Shown here: positions 23,140 through 32,490 of the stretch, in pieces
Position numbering within the stretch: position 1 is the first letter of the stretch
How the letters are laid out: each line of letters opens with the position of its first letter
Origin: Dicyema japonicum
Lineage: Eukaryota > Animalia > Dicyemida
Length of the DNA stretch: 33,000 nt
Assembly: GCA_011109175.1 (NCBI GenBank)
Contig: RDEW01000004.1
Coordinates: forward strand, 644,030-677,029
Direction: 5' to 3'
Program-made: the position numbers and the translations under genes
The notes under the pieces: model-generated
Told to the model about the DNA's origin: nothing
Seen by the model: the letters and a program-made list of their open reading frames with translations, nothing else
Databases searched by the model: none

Positions 23140-23390
23140 AGTTGTGTTACCCATAAGCATATAAATACTTAGGGTTCTGTTTATGGCCTACTCTTTGCTA
23201 TTCTTTCTCCTAGTTTTTTTACAGTAACTTTCCTCCTCGCTCGTTTCCGATGTTCACTGACGACAGCGTCACCCGACAAGCCAAAGCATCGTAGATGCGT
23301 GGAATCTTTAACCAAAATTTACAACAGCGGGATTAGGAGGTCATCAAGCCTCTTCCCGGCACTAGTAACACTAAGCCACTCCACCTCATT
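23140..23390 (-). mobile_element. tRNA-derived SINE, diverged copy
   Basis: A-box-like TGGCTTAGTGTTA and the family core CCACGCATCTACGATGC...GTGACGCTGTCGTCAGTG, shared with 29407-29718. Confidence 0.6.
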
Positions 23391-23599
23391 GTGACGTCGT
23401 ACATAATCACTATTCAGAATTCTATTGCATCTTGTTGCAGATGATCGACTGTTTTCTCTGAAGATTTACAATGGCTACAGTTCGATTCCTTATCTTCAAA
23501 AAACAGATTTCAATCTTGTAGGAGACAGGTCTCGTGGTTTCCTTTTGATAGACATTTCGAAGATGACACAATTTCAACAATTTTTTAGGCATTTGAATA

Positions 23600-24640
23600 A
23601 TGCTGAATGATTTTTTATCAATTTTTTAAGAAACAACCAGATTGAACTTTGTTTGATTTTTGAACACTCAATTCGAGAGAATTATTCGGCTTATGCTTTT
23701 GAGTCAGGAATCCTGCGATCGTTTCCACATGTGTCTCCTTAAATTGGCCCACAGGGTACCCACTTCCTTGGACATACAGTAGATTTTCTCTAGAAATCAG
23801 GGAGGAATTGAAATACATTCACCCTTGAACATAACTGATTCTAAACCTCTCCCAAATTTATCTCTCAGAAAATCTCATATAGAACCGTACCTCAGAAAAT
23901 ACAACGAACCTCGACATCCCCAAACTCATATGGTTCAATGTTGATCAGTCCAATATAGTGATTGTAGACTGAGAGTGCGTATTCACTTATTAAATATATT
24001 CTCTGCATCTTATGTGCCTCCGATTCTTTTTCTAATTTCTATGACAATTGCTTTAGTGTTACAACACTCCGAGATATTGATATCCCTCTGTTCCACCCTA
24101 ATACTTGGCTGTCTTTGATAAGCATTCCAGATTGTTTTCTAAAGTCCAGCTGATTCAAAAATATTTCAATGTCATCATCCTAATAATTGTTATCTTGAGC
24201 AAATATTTTCAAATCATCCATAACAGCAGATGATTCGTGACACAAGTTATCATTGATGTGGATGATTGACTAATATACACTTTAGGGTATTTTCCACTCA
24301 ACAGAGGATTCATCATAAGCACAAAATGCTGGGAGACCCCTTGATATCCTTACTGTTCCAATTTTGTGTTTATTAAAATTCTATTTAAATTGCCACTTGG
24401 TTACTAGACTTCTGATAAAATTAATAATCCAACGAGCAAGTCCACAACATTCCAATATTTGTAATAAAAATTCATGATCTACCGAGTCGAACGCTTTTTT
24501 CATACCAATCACAGTTGAATATTAGCAATTTCCAAATTCCCGATGAATAGATTGATAAGCGCCTGTTCCTTAGCACTGGCACATCCTTCTCGTTCCAGTT
24601 GACTGTCCGAAATAAGTTTGTATATTTCAACGAAATCACT
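23600..24640 (-). mobile_element. Decayed R4/Dong-like non-LTR RT
   Basis: Remnant motifs SQLG...AKEQALIN, KKAFDSVDHE, FVLMMNPL, TNHLL(F)MDDLKIFA, GYQYLGV, RDKFGRGL and THVETIAGFL. Same family as 22567-22875. Confidence 0.72.
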
Positions 24641-24644
24641 AAAT

Positions 24645-25724
24645 CTTTTGGTAACACAACGACCGTGTTGGGAATAGATCTCTCCGGAGCTTTCGACTCA
24701 ATAAAGAGACAGAAACGATGAATGTGCTTGAGCAAATATTGGATGAATCGTCGGTTAGGATAACCAGACTACTACTTGCGAACACAAGACTATCTGTGAG
24801 GACAGAAGGAGCAACTTCCCGCAGTTTCAAAACAACGATTGGGACACCCCAGGGTGATTCCCTCTCCCCTTTACTATTCACCATATACCTTGAATCTGCA
24901 CTCCGCGACTTCCGTAAATGCTATATAGGAGACATAGAAGAGAGATCTTATGCGGATGATCTGGATTTCGTATCACGGGACGTGACCGCACGGTTTCTCA
25001 GCGTAAATGTAAACAAAACTGAAATTATGGAAATCAAAAGAGAAGACGATATTACTCATGAAAGATGGAGACGTACTAATAAGCTCGGCTCTCTACTAGG
25101 AGACGCTGAAGATGTACTAAGAAGGAAAACACTGGCAAATGCGGCAATGGCTAAACTGAAGAAAGGATGGCTAAGAGCCAAAGGACTTGGAATTGACATC
25201 AGATGCAGGCTTTACAACGCGTTTGTGAAACCGATCCTACTGTATAACGCTGGACATGGGGAAGTTCCTTCAACGAACTATTGAAACTGCATTCGTTCCA
25301 TAGAAGGCAACTAAGAAGCTTACTCGGAATGGAGTGGCCACGTAGAATATCAACCACTGGTATCTACAACAAGTGTATGTGTTCTTGCATCAGCAAGGAT
25401 GTGATAGATGCCCGGTGGAGGCTACTTGGGCATGTACTAAGAATTAATTCGGACGCACCCGCTAACAAAGCGATGGAAGATTATTTTGACAGTTGCGACA
25501 AACCCTTCCACGGAGGGCCTAGATCGACACTTCCGACTGCCTTAAACAAAGACCTTAATTGTGTGAGAAAAAATCTAAAGACGGGTTACGACCTGGACGA
25601 ATTGAGATCACTCGCATTCTACAAAGGAAAATGGAAAAGACTAACTATAAATATTGTTTCTTTGAGTGTTGCATATGCGGGGCTATAATCATTATGGCTT
25701 TCGTGAAAGTGCCATAATAATAAT
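24645..25724 (+). mobile_element. 5'-truncated RTE-clade LINE with 3' stem-loop and (TAA)n tail
   Basis: GIDLSGAFDSI, GTPQGDSLSPLLFTIYLE, YADD, LGSLLGDAED and RWRLLGHVLR. Terminal hairpin ATTATGGC-TTTCGTGAAAGT-GCCATAAT at 25691-25718. Confidence 0.9.
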
Positions 25725-25789
25725 ATTTCGTTGTGAATATATACAAGTGATCTTATTTTAAAATAATATTTTATAGTAAAAGAAATAAG

Positions 25790-27273
25790 TTAATATCGAT
25801 AGGTCAGAATAGGAAATAATCTCCTATACCAGGGATGTCTATTATAACTCACACGACAGTTCGGATTATATTGAACTTCTAATTGGGGGAGACTTCCTTG
25901 TAGAATCCTCACACCATTAGGGGATATCCCTGGGTTGTCAAAGCACACGAGTCTTCTCAAATTCTTGCAATTGAGCAGATATAGCAAACACCCATCAGTG
26001 AGTGCATAACAGTTATCAATAACAAGCACTTTCAGTGATTCTCTCCCACAATAACTTGCCGCCAAAGCTTCAATCCCCGCGTTGGTGATTTCACGGCATC
26101 CAGAAAGGGACTAAATAGACAAACTGTGACAACCAGAAAAGCCAGTTGATCGTCCTTCTCAGCCATTTCAGAGAGAACTCTATCAGTAACCTAGAATATG
26201 ACCATAAACTACAGAATTGAAGCAATTGTCAAAATCAAGAAATCGGAGTTGAGTACATTTATTTACCAAGTTAACGATGCACTCCTCAGTGAGGTTGGGA
26301 CAGTCACAAATGGACAGATGACATAATAAAACAACAAAATACAGAATATTGGGACAATTGGAGGCAATGTGGTTCACTGTGTTTGAACTGAGACTGTAGC
26401 ATCTCCCAATGTCCAGTTTCTGCAAGTTTGGGGAGTAGTGGACGACAGAATATAGTGAAACGTCTGAGATTAGCTTACAATTAAGGAGGATGAGGTTGTT
26501 GAGGTTGGGGTTTGACTGCCCAATGAAGACGAGGTTGTTATTAGTCAACTGAGTTGTTAGTAAATGATGGACAAACTGTGTGACTTTTGGTGATTATGAG
26601 ACTTCTTAGAGTCGTCACGTTCTTTCCAATCTCTGCAAACCCAATATTTGTGAGTAGATTACAGCAGCTTACGTCCAACAGAGTCATTTTGGAGCACTTT
26701 ATGCTTAAAGTCATATAATTATTGACACCAGAGGGAAGATAACCCAGAATCTCTTATTTCCGTACGAGCAACCCTGATTTCCTTCAAATTCAAACACGTG
26801 CTTGCAAGTGAGCAGATTGAGCTAAAATATGAGGGAAAAGTACAGATCAGTCACATATTTGCATGAAGAAATATTGATGGACTCAATTTGCTGGCAATGC
26901 TGACTCAAAAACCTGAATAATATAGCAAATTTACAGAATTTGTTTATCAGTAATATCTGTCCCACTAACGTCAAGTGAATTCAAATATTTTCCCGCTCTC
27001 AAAACAAGAACCTTTAAATTATTTTAAAGAAACATTAAATGAGTCAGGAGTTTGTCTCAAGTCTAGTTCTCTGTAGTTGCTTCCACTGTAAGCCAAACGG
27101 TGCCATAACATAATAACAGATAAGAGTACTTTGCAGACACGTGCGCATACTGATAAATGTTGATGATTCAGAAATGAGAAAATTCTAGCTTTACATATAT
27201 TTTAAACTTTAAAATAATTATCGGGGAGGTAGTCGTTGATATCAGCTGTATTTCTATTAGTTTTGTGTTCCAT
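25790..27273 (-). CDS. FBXL20: F-box/LRR-repeat protein, FBXL2/FBXL20-like, 11 exons
   Basis: F-box INDYLPD..IFSFL....VCARVCK-LWHRLAYSGSNYRELDL followed by cysteine-containing LRRs. Introns 27185-27207, 27109-27129 (GT-TG), 27012-27033, 26913-26934, 26822-26843, 26704-26728, 26549-26576, 26322-26342 (GT-TG), 26191-26212 and 26111-26133. One frame break near 27215. FBXL2 and FBXL20 cannot be distinguished. Confidence 0.87.
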
Positions 27274-27299
27274 TGTGAGGGTAAACAATTTGGTGGGTT

Positions 27300-27440
27300 T
27301 TAAACTAATATTTGTTATTAAAATACCTTCCCAACATTAAACAGTTATTTATTTTATTTATTTATTTATTAAATTGGACAGTTAATTTTTAATTTATTAT
27401 AAATGTCATTATTTTTAAAAATGTAATGGATTAATTATTA
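27300..27440. promoter_or_regulatory. A/T-rich putative promoter tract of FBXL gene
   Basis: Long A/T tract upstream of the minus-strand ATG at 27273. An RTE element has inserted at its far edge. Confidence 0.5.
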
Positions 27441-27442
27441 AA

Positions 27443-28374
27443 AAGACACGGATGATGTTAGAATTATTTCCTTGCTCCTAGAAGATACTCACCTGGCTGT
27501 CAAAATCGGAAATACCGCTTCCAATTTTTTTAAAACCACTCGGGGAGTTCCACATGGGGATTCGTTGTCTCCTATTCTATTTATTATTTATCTTGAGGCT
27601 GCACTGAGGGATTTCAGATTATCCATTAAAGGACAATATTATGAGTTGATTTACGCAGACGATCTGGACTTTTTATCGGATGATTCTGAATTTCTCAAGT
27701 ACATAAACGAACATCTTCCTAACATTTTCCAAAAATGGTTCTTGAAGATAAACACTGACAAAACGGAATTCACATCATTCAGCCATGCAGGGAGGATATC
27801 CGACGAGACGTGGAGAAGACATAAGAAGGTCGGATCGCTCTTGGGGGACGAGGAAGATGTAGCTCGACGGAAAATCCTTGCATCTGGTGCTTTCAGAAGC
27901 CTATCTAAAATATGGAGTTCGGGAAGAAGACTTTGTGGAAAAATAAAGCTTATGATATACAAATACTTTGTTGTGCCCATCCTAATATATAACTGTGGGA
28001 CATGGGGTTTGTATAAACGGGCAATGGAGTCTATTGACAGTTTCGACCGCAGTATGCTTCGGAAGGTACTTAATATTCGGTCACATTCTGAGGATGGACC
28101 TGGATGTCCCGTCAAATCACGTAATAGATGAATATTTCATGGAAAAAACAAAATCATTCCGAGGAAGGCCTAGAACAACCTTACCTATCACGCTAAATGA
28201 GGACCTAAAAGCCATAGGCAGGGAGTTGAAAACAATGGATGACCTCGATGAACTATAGATCTTGCGAAACGGAGAGGCCTTTGGATGCGATTGGTGCAAA
28301 GGGTGGCCGGCGCGGCACAAGGGAACCTTAATTGACTTTTGTTTTTTTATGTGTTCTCGCAGTGCTGATAATAA
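27443..28374 (+). mobile_element. 5'-truncated RTE-clade LINE with 11-bp TSD
   Basis: GVPHGDSLSPILFIIYLE, YADD, VGSLLGDEED, FGHILRMD and FRGRPRTTLP. (TAA)n tail; TSD TAATTATTAAA at 27432-27442 and 28375-28385. Confidence 0.9.
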
Positions 28375-28389
28375 TAATTATTAAATTGT

Positions 28390-29220
28390 TGGCACTGAGG
28401 TTCACATCTATCCGTATCCGCTATTATGGGAACCTCCTCAATGGAGTAAGAGATGGATCCTTTTTTGGATGCCGGTCAGGTACTGGGCGTCTTTAGAGTC
28501 TATGGATCTCATGATGCTGGCTTCGCTAACATGTAGGAAGTGTTTTTCGACCAGGTAGGTAGCGGCATGAGAATCGACGCACAGCTATCGCAATTAGAGC
28601 AACAGCACTAACCAGAATGCTACCTGGTACTCTACTGGAGGGATTCTCCCATATAGGAAGCCATTTACTTATCCACAAGACCTTCAAGTGATGGAAACAG
28701 GTGGATAACTTGAAAGTAACTTCCAAAAGAAACTCCACTCTCATGTTGATCTTGGTGATTAAGGATAAGCAAAAAAATCTCGAACTACTCTTCCAATCCA
28801 AGATGTGAGATTCCCATTCTGACGGTTTTCAGGAACAGCGACCTCAGGAGGTCTGCCCTCCCTATTTTGCCATCTTTAACGATTCTTATGGCTCAAGTGT
28901 ACACCAAGTCGTGTATTCTTTCAGTCCATTTTAATTTTTTGGCGGAGGGGGATTTTCTAGAGTGTTCTTTGTAGATCAGTGAGAATTCTGTGGATGTGCC
29001 TGGGGTTAGTAAATATGAGTAGTGGAAAGGTTTGGGGGTTAGGGTTCAGTGATTGTTGGAAGTATTGCAAGCTATGTATTTTAAACTGATCACCAATGGA
29101 AGAATCCTCGTTTCTCAGTGTACCATTTACTGATAACCGCATGGAGGTGTTCCCGCAAAGGATTAATACTATTAACTTATTTCTCGGTGTACCCAGTGTT
29201 GATAAATTCCAATTGAAATG
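28390..29220 (-). mobile_element. Decayed LINE 3' fragment
   Basis: No intact ORF. 28440-28512 is similar to 1885-1955 (ATGGAGTA...GGATCCTTTT.GGATGCC...ACTGG.CGTCTT...ATGGATCTCAT), so it is an interspersed repeat. Confidence 0.42.
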
Positions 29221-29406
29221 ACATTAATGTTAGTAAGATTTGTGAAATCGATACTTTTCATGCAAAATATCGATATTTGCCGTATTATTTCACCAATCAT
29301 TAAAATTACACTCAAATGTTCACCAGTCATTCTCATTCGGTGATAGTTTTTGCAAAAGTTGTCGATGAGGTGATTATTTTATTTTTGCAGTCATTATCAG
29401 TTCCTT

Positions 29407-29718
29407 GGCATAGTGGTTAGGTGTCGGCTTAAGTGGTTTAGGCTACGGGTTCGAATCTCGCTGCTGTTCACCTGGTGGAAGGTTTTACGCATCTACGATG
29501 CAGAAAGGGTTTGACGAGTGACGCCGTCATCAGTGGATACTCACTGCGGAACTGGATTGTCTAGAAAGGACACTCGCAAGAAAAAGAAAAAAAAAGTGAA
29601 GATCATTCCTTGGTTCTACGATTAGTTAAAATTAACTGTTCTTTACTTAAATAAAGTGTGTGTCCTGCCTATGCGGAGCTATAAATACTATGGCTCTCGT
29701 GAAAAGGCTTTAAAAAAA
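29407..29718 (+). mobile_element. tRNA-derived SINE with RTE-LINE-type 3' tail and 14-bp TSD
   Basis: A box TGGCATAGTGGTTAG (29406-29420), B box GGTTCGAATCT (29448-29458) and an A-rich tail. TSD ATTATCAGTTCCTT at 29393-29406 and 29719-29732. Confidence 0.87.
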
Positions 29719-30009
29719 ATTATCAGTTCCTTACACGTGTTTCTGGTCATAAAATCATTTTCTATTAATATGGACAAATTCTTTGAATATTCGAAATCGA
29801 ATGTCTCAAACTATGATAGTCTTCCTGAAATGTGTCTTCCATGTTTATGTGCTAATGTGGTAAAACATACCTCCATACAGAGTGAGTCTGTGATGAATCA
29901 CCGATAACGGACTCATGTGTGGAACCTTTACTGGGAATGGATAGCAGCTAGATTTGAACCTGGAACCGTGGTCAGGCTTTTTTGTTTCGGCCAAAAAATA
30001 GCCTTCGAT

Positions 30010-30075
30010 AATATAAATTGTTGATTTATTAATTAATATTTAATTATTAAAAAACAATAAAAGTATTTAAAATTT
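30010..30075. promoter_or_regulatory. A/T-rich putative promoter tract of PMF1
   Basis: A/T tract about 30 nt upstream of ATG 30105. Confidence 0.5.
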
Positions 30076-30104
30076 ACCGCACTTCAATATTGTTCTCGTT
30101 GCAA

Positions 30105-30682
30105 ATGGAAGAGTTTCTCAAAATTAAGAAAGTCGACCTATTAAATCGCATATTTAATGCCATGGGGTCTAATATGACACCGATATTTGGAGATATTAGG
30201 GAAATAAGCAGCGCGTTTCCTTCATTAGACACGGAGAGCTACCAACTGGTATACAAAGACTTTCTGAAAAATCATAAAGTTTGATTTGGCTAATATTAGA
30301 ATCGTATATCCACCAGATTTGAAGAGTTGGATATATTCACCAAATTAGATAAGTTAGACCAATTAATTGATGAATCACCGAAAGATCACGTGGTTTGGCG
30401 TCCAACGGGAATAGCAGAAGAGGATATTAAAGGGCATATTTACTATGCTACGAAGGCTCACATTGAGAGACTGAGGTCCTCCATCTCAGATGTTAGCCAA
30501 ATGAACGAGCAGAGAAAGCTCAAAATCGACATATTGCTCTCCGATTGAGTCAATTGAAGTCTAAATTGGTGGATAAAGTAAAATCTTATGGACCGGAAGA
30601 AAAGATTCGTATAAATACTGATTTTCTGTATGCCAGATTCGACAAAGAAGTTGATATCGTTGATATTATTGAGAATCAGTGA
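30105..30682 (+). CDS. PMF1: PMF1/NNF1 kinetochore (MIS12 complex) subunit
   Basis: Exons 30105-30278 and 30300-30682, with a 21-nt GT-AG intron. LDKLDQLIDE...WRPTGIAEEDIKGH matches the PMF1 WRPSG.PEED motif. One T appears to be missing at about 30546 (GAT TTG AGT); adding it restores a coiled-coil C-terminus ending at TGA 30680-30682. Confidence 0.82.
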
Positions 30683-31099
30683 TTTTTTTATTTCACGTGT
30701 TTTTGTAAATTTTAATGAGTGAATTGCACGGTCTTAGACTTTCCCTTCCCTTTTGTCTAGTCATTTCTCAGACAGCCGTTTTTTCTTCCTTCAAGGTCTC
30801 CCTCACAGAATGACTCCTCGGAAGACGGAGAAACGCATTTCACCGAATTATGTGATTTGCTGGGACAACATCGTTTGAAAGGCTTTCCTTTTCCTGGCTT
30901 CACTGTAATCGCCTTAGCGCCAAAATAAGAGATCTACTCCATCAACGGGTGGTATCCCTTGTGAGCTCTTTGCCATCTGACGTCTGTGGTCCTCACTGAG
31001 GAGGTGTCAAGTCCGATAATGAATAAAAAAAGGCATCGACTTCCCACGAATAGTCACCTGTGGTGGTTCCCTAAATTCCACAGCGGTGCTACGGTCTGT

Positions 31100-32240
31100 C
31101 AGTAATTTTTAGGTTTTAATCTACTAAAAATCAAAAAATATAAGCACGATTGTTCCGATAAAAGCCCATTCTTTCTGGATTTTTATCATTTTCGACAATT
31201 GTTAATTTACCATTGATGTACTAAGCTTGAGTATCACGTGGAAGCGCAAATTCTCAATTAAATCCATACTGATTGGAAGGACGAATAATTTTCGGATTCC
31301 CTTGATCATGAAAATATCTTGAGTGGTACAATTGAACCGGGGGTAACCAAGAATACGTCTTGTCGAAAATGCCATAACCCTCGGGGTGCATAAAAGTTAC
31401 TTCCACGTGGATATACCGGATTATAAAATTACCTTATAGTACTGTCTTAGGGATTTAACACATTTTTAGTTCCGTGGATAGGTCCCCGAGTATTCTCGAC
31501 TATGGAATATTGAGGAAACTTCCCAATTCCATAAGTTGCATGGTTAAATCTCTGATGTGTTTGCAAGCAAGGCCGATGTGGTCTTGTGGAGTAAATTACC
31601 GCAGGTACTTGTGGTTGGTGCATACTATTAGGTTTTTTGATCTTCTCTCCGTTGTCTGGTGTATCACATGTACTATGGAATTCGGATTTGTTTATTGGAT
31701 TTTAGTGATCTTGGCCCACATTGAGGATTCTAGGATCCAAATCGCTTTCCAGAAAACAGTGGTCTCAGCATACCCACCCAGTCGTCCTAAGATCGGGAGA
31801 AAGTTTGAAGTACAAATTCCCGCAAAATGAAGTGTTCCCCCAGTTCAGTATCGAAGGCTTTATTAATATCGGTCGAGAAGACCGCAGTTCGGAAATGAAG
31901 TGAGTTTCCATTAATTACAGGTAATCCAGGTTGCGGAAGGGAAGGGGTAATCGTTGAGAGCATAAGGTTTCAAGTACTTTAGCACAGTACAGGTTGGGGA
32001 GATAGGCCGGAATAAGACAAAATCTCCTTTCTGTTTTCCAAGATCAGTATTGGCGAATTCTTGTATTTTACAGAACAATTAATGATCTGTATGAGGTGGG
32101 GGATTCTATGGGGCTCAAGCCCCCACTTCTTCATCCGGAATAACTTATTTGTCGTACGTACCTCTCAATGGAAATTCACTTTGATCTCCGTGTGCTTCGA
32201 TAAAGTCTTGAAATTGATCGAATCGCAGTGTTTCGTGAAT
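31100..32240 (-). mobile_element. Decayed I/Jockey-like LINE RT
   Basis: Remnant (Y)RPISPTCTV(A)KVLETL motif at about 31965-32015 and further degenerate RT blocks. Plus-strand ORFs here are antisense shadows. Confidence 0.6.
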
Positions 32241-32284
32241 AGGTTAGGATGTAAATGGCGCATGTACTCTGAAGAGATCCGTCC

Positions 32285-32490
32285 TGTCGCACAGGACACA
32301 CTTTATTAGAGTAATAACAGCTAAATCGTAGGAGACCAAGAACTGTTCCCTTCTTTTTGTTGCGTAGACGATCCAGTTCACAAGTGTAGTATCATTCACG
32401 GCGTAACTCGTCAATCTAAAGTATCGTAGATGCGTGGAACCTTCAGTCAACTGTACAGCAGCGAGATTACCCTCGCACTGCACGATTACC
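32285..32490 (-). mobile_element. tRNA-derived SINE, diverged copy
   Basis: AATCTCGCTGCTGT...CCACGCATCTACGAT...TTGACGAGTTACGCCGT...GAACTGGAT...AATAAAGTGTGTCCTG, collinear with 29454-29667. Confidence 0.68.

Noticed and set aside
24617-25746. Imperfect inverted similarity (ATTTCGTTG..AATAT..ACAA) flanking the RTE copy
   Set aside because: Short, gapped and A/T-rich. The left copy is part of the R4-like RT coding remnant, so it is probably chance.
21346-28320. Numerous 60-150 aa ORFs opposite RT frames (e.g. 21346-21564, 22583-22939, 24639-24884, 27651-28115)
   Set aside because: Antisense shadows of retrotransposon coding sequence. The same applies to ORFs opposite host genes (845-1084, 5242-5487, 8446-8745, 17033-17221).
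21195-28374. Bacterial retron, group II intron, DGR or CRISPR-associated RT system
   Set aside because: The RT motifs, 5' truncation, microsatellite tails and TSDs are those of eukaryotic LINEs. Flanking genes are spliced, and no repeat-spacer array was seen.
29406-29470. tRNA gene
   Set aside because: It has A/B boxes but no convincing cloverleaf. It is the head of a TSD-flanked, multi-copy SINE.
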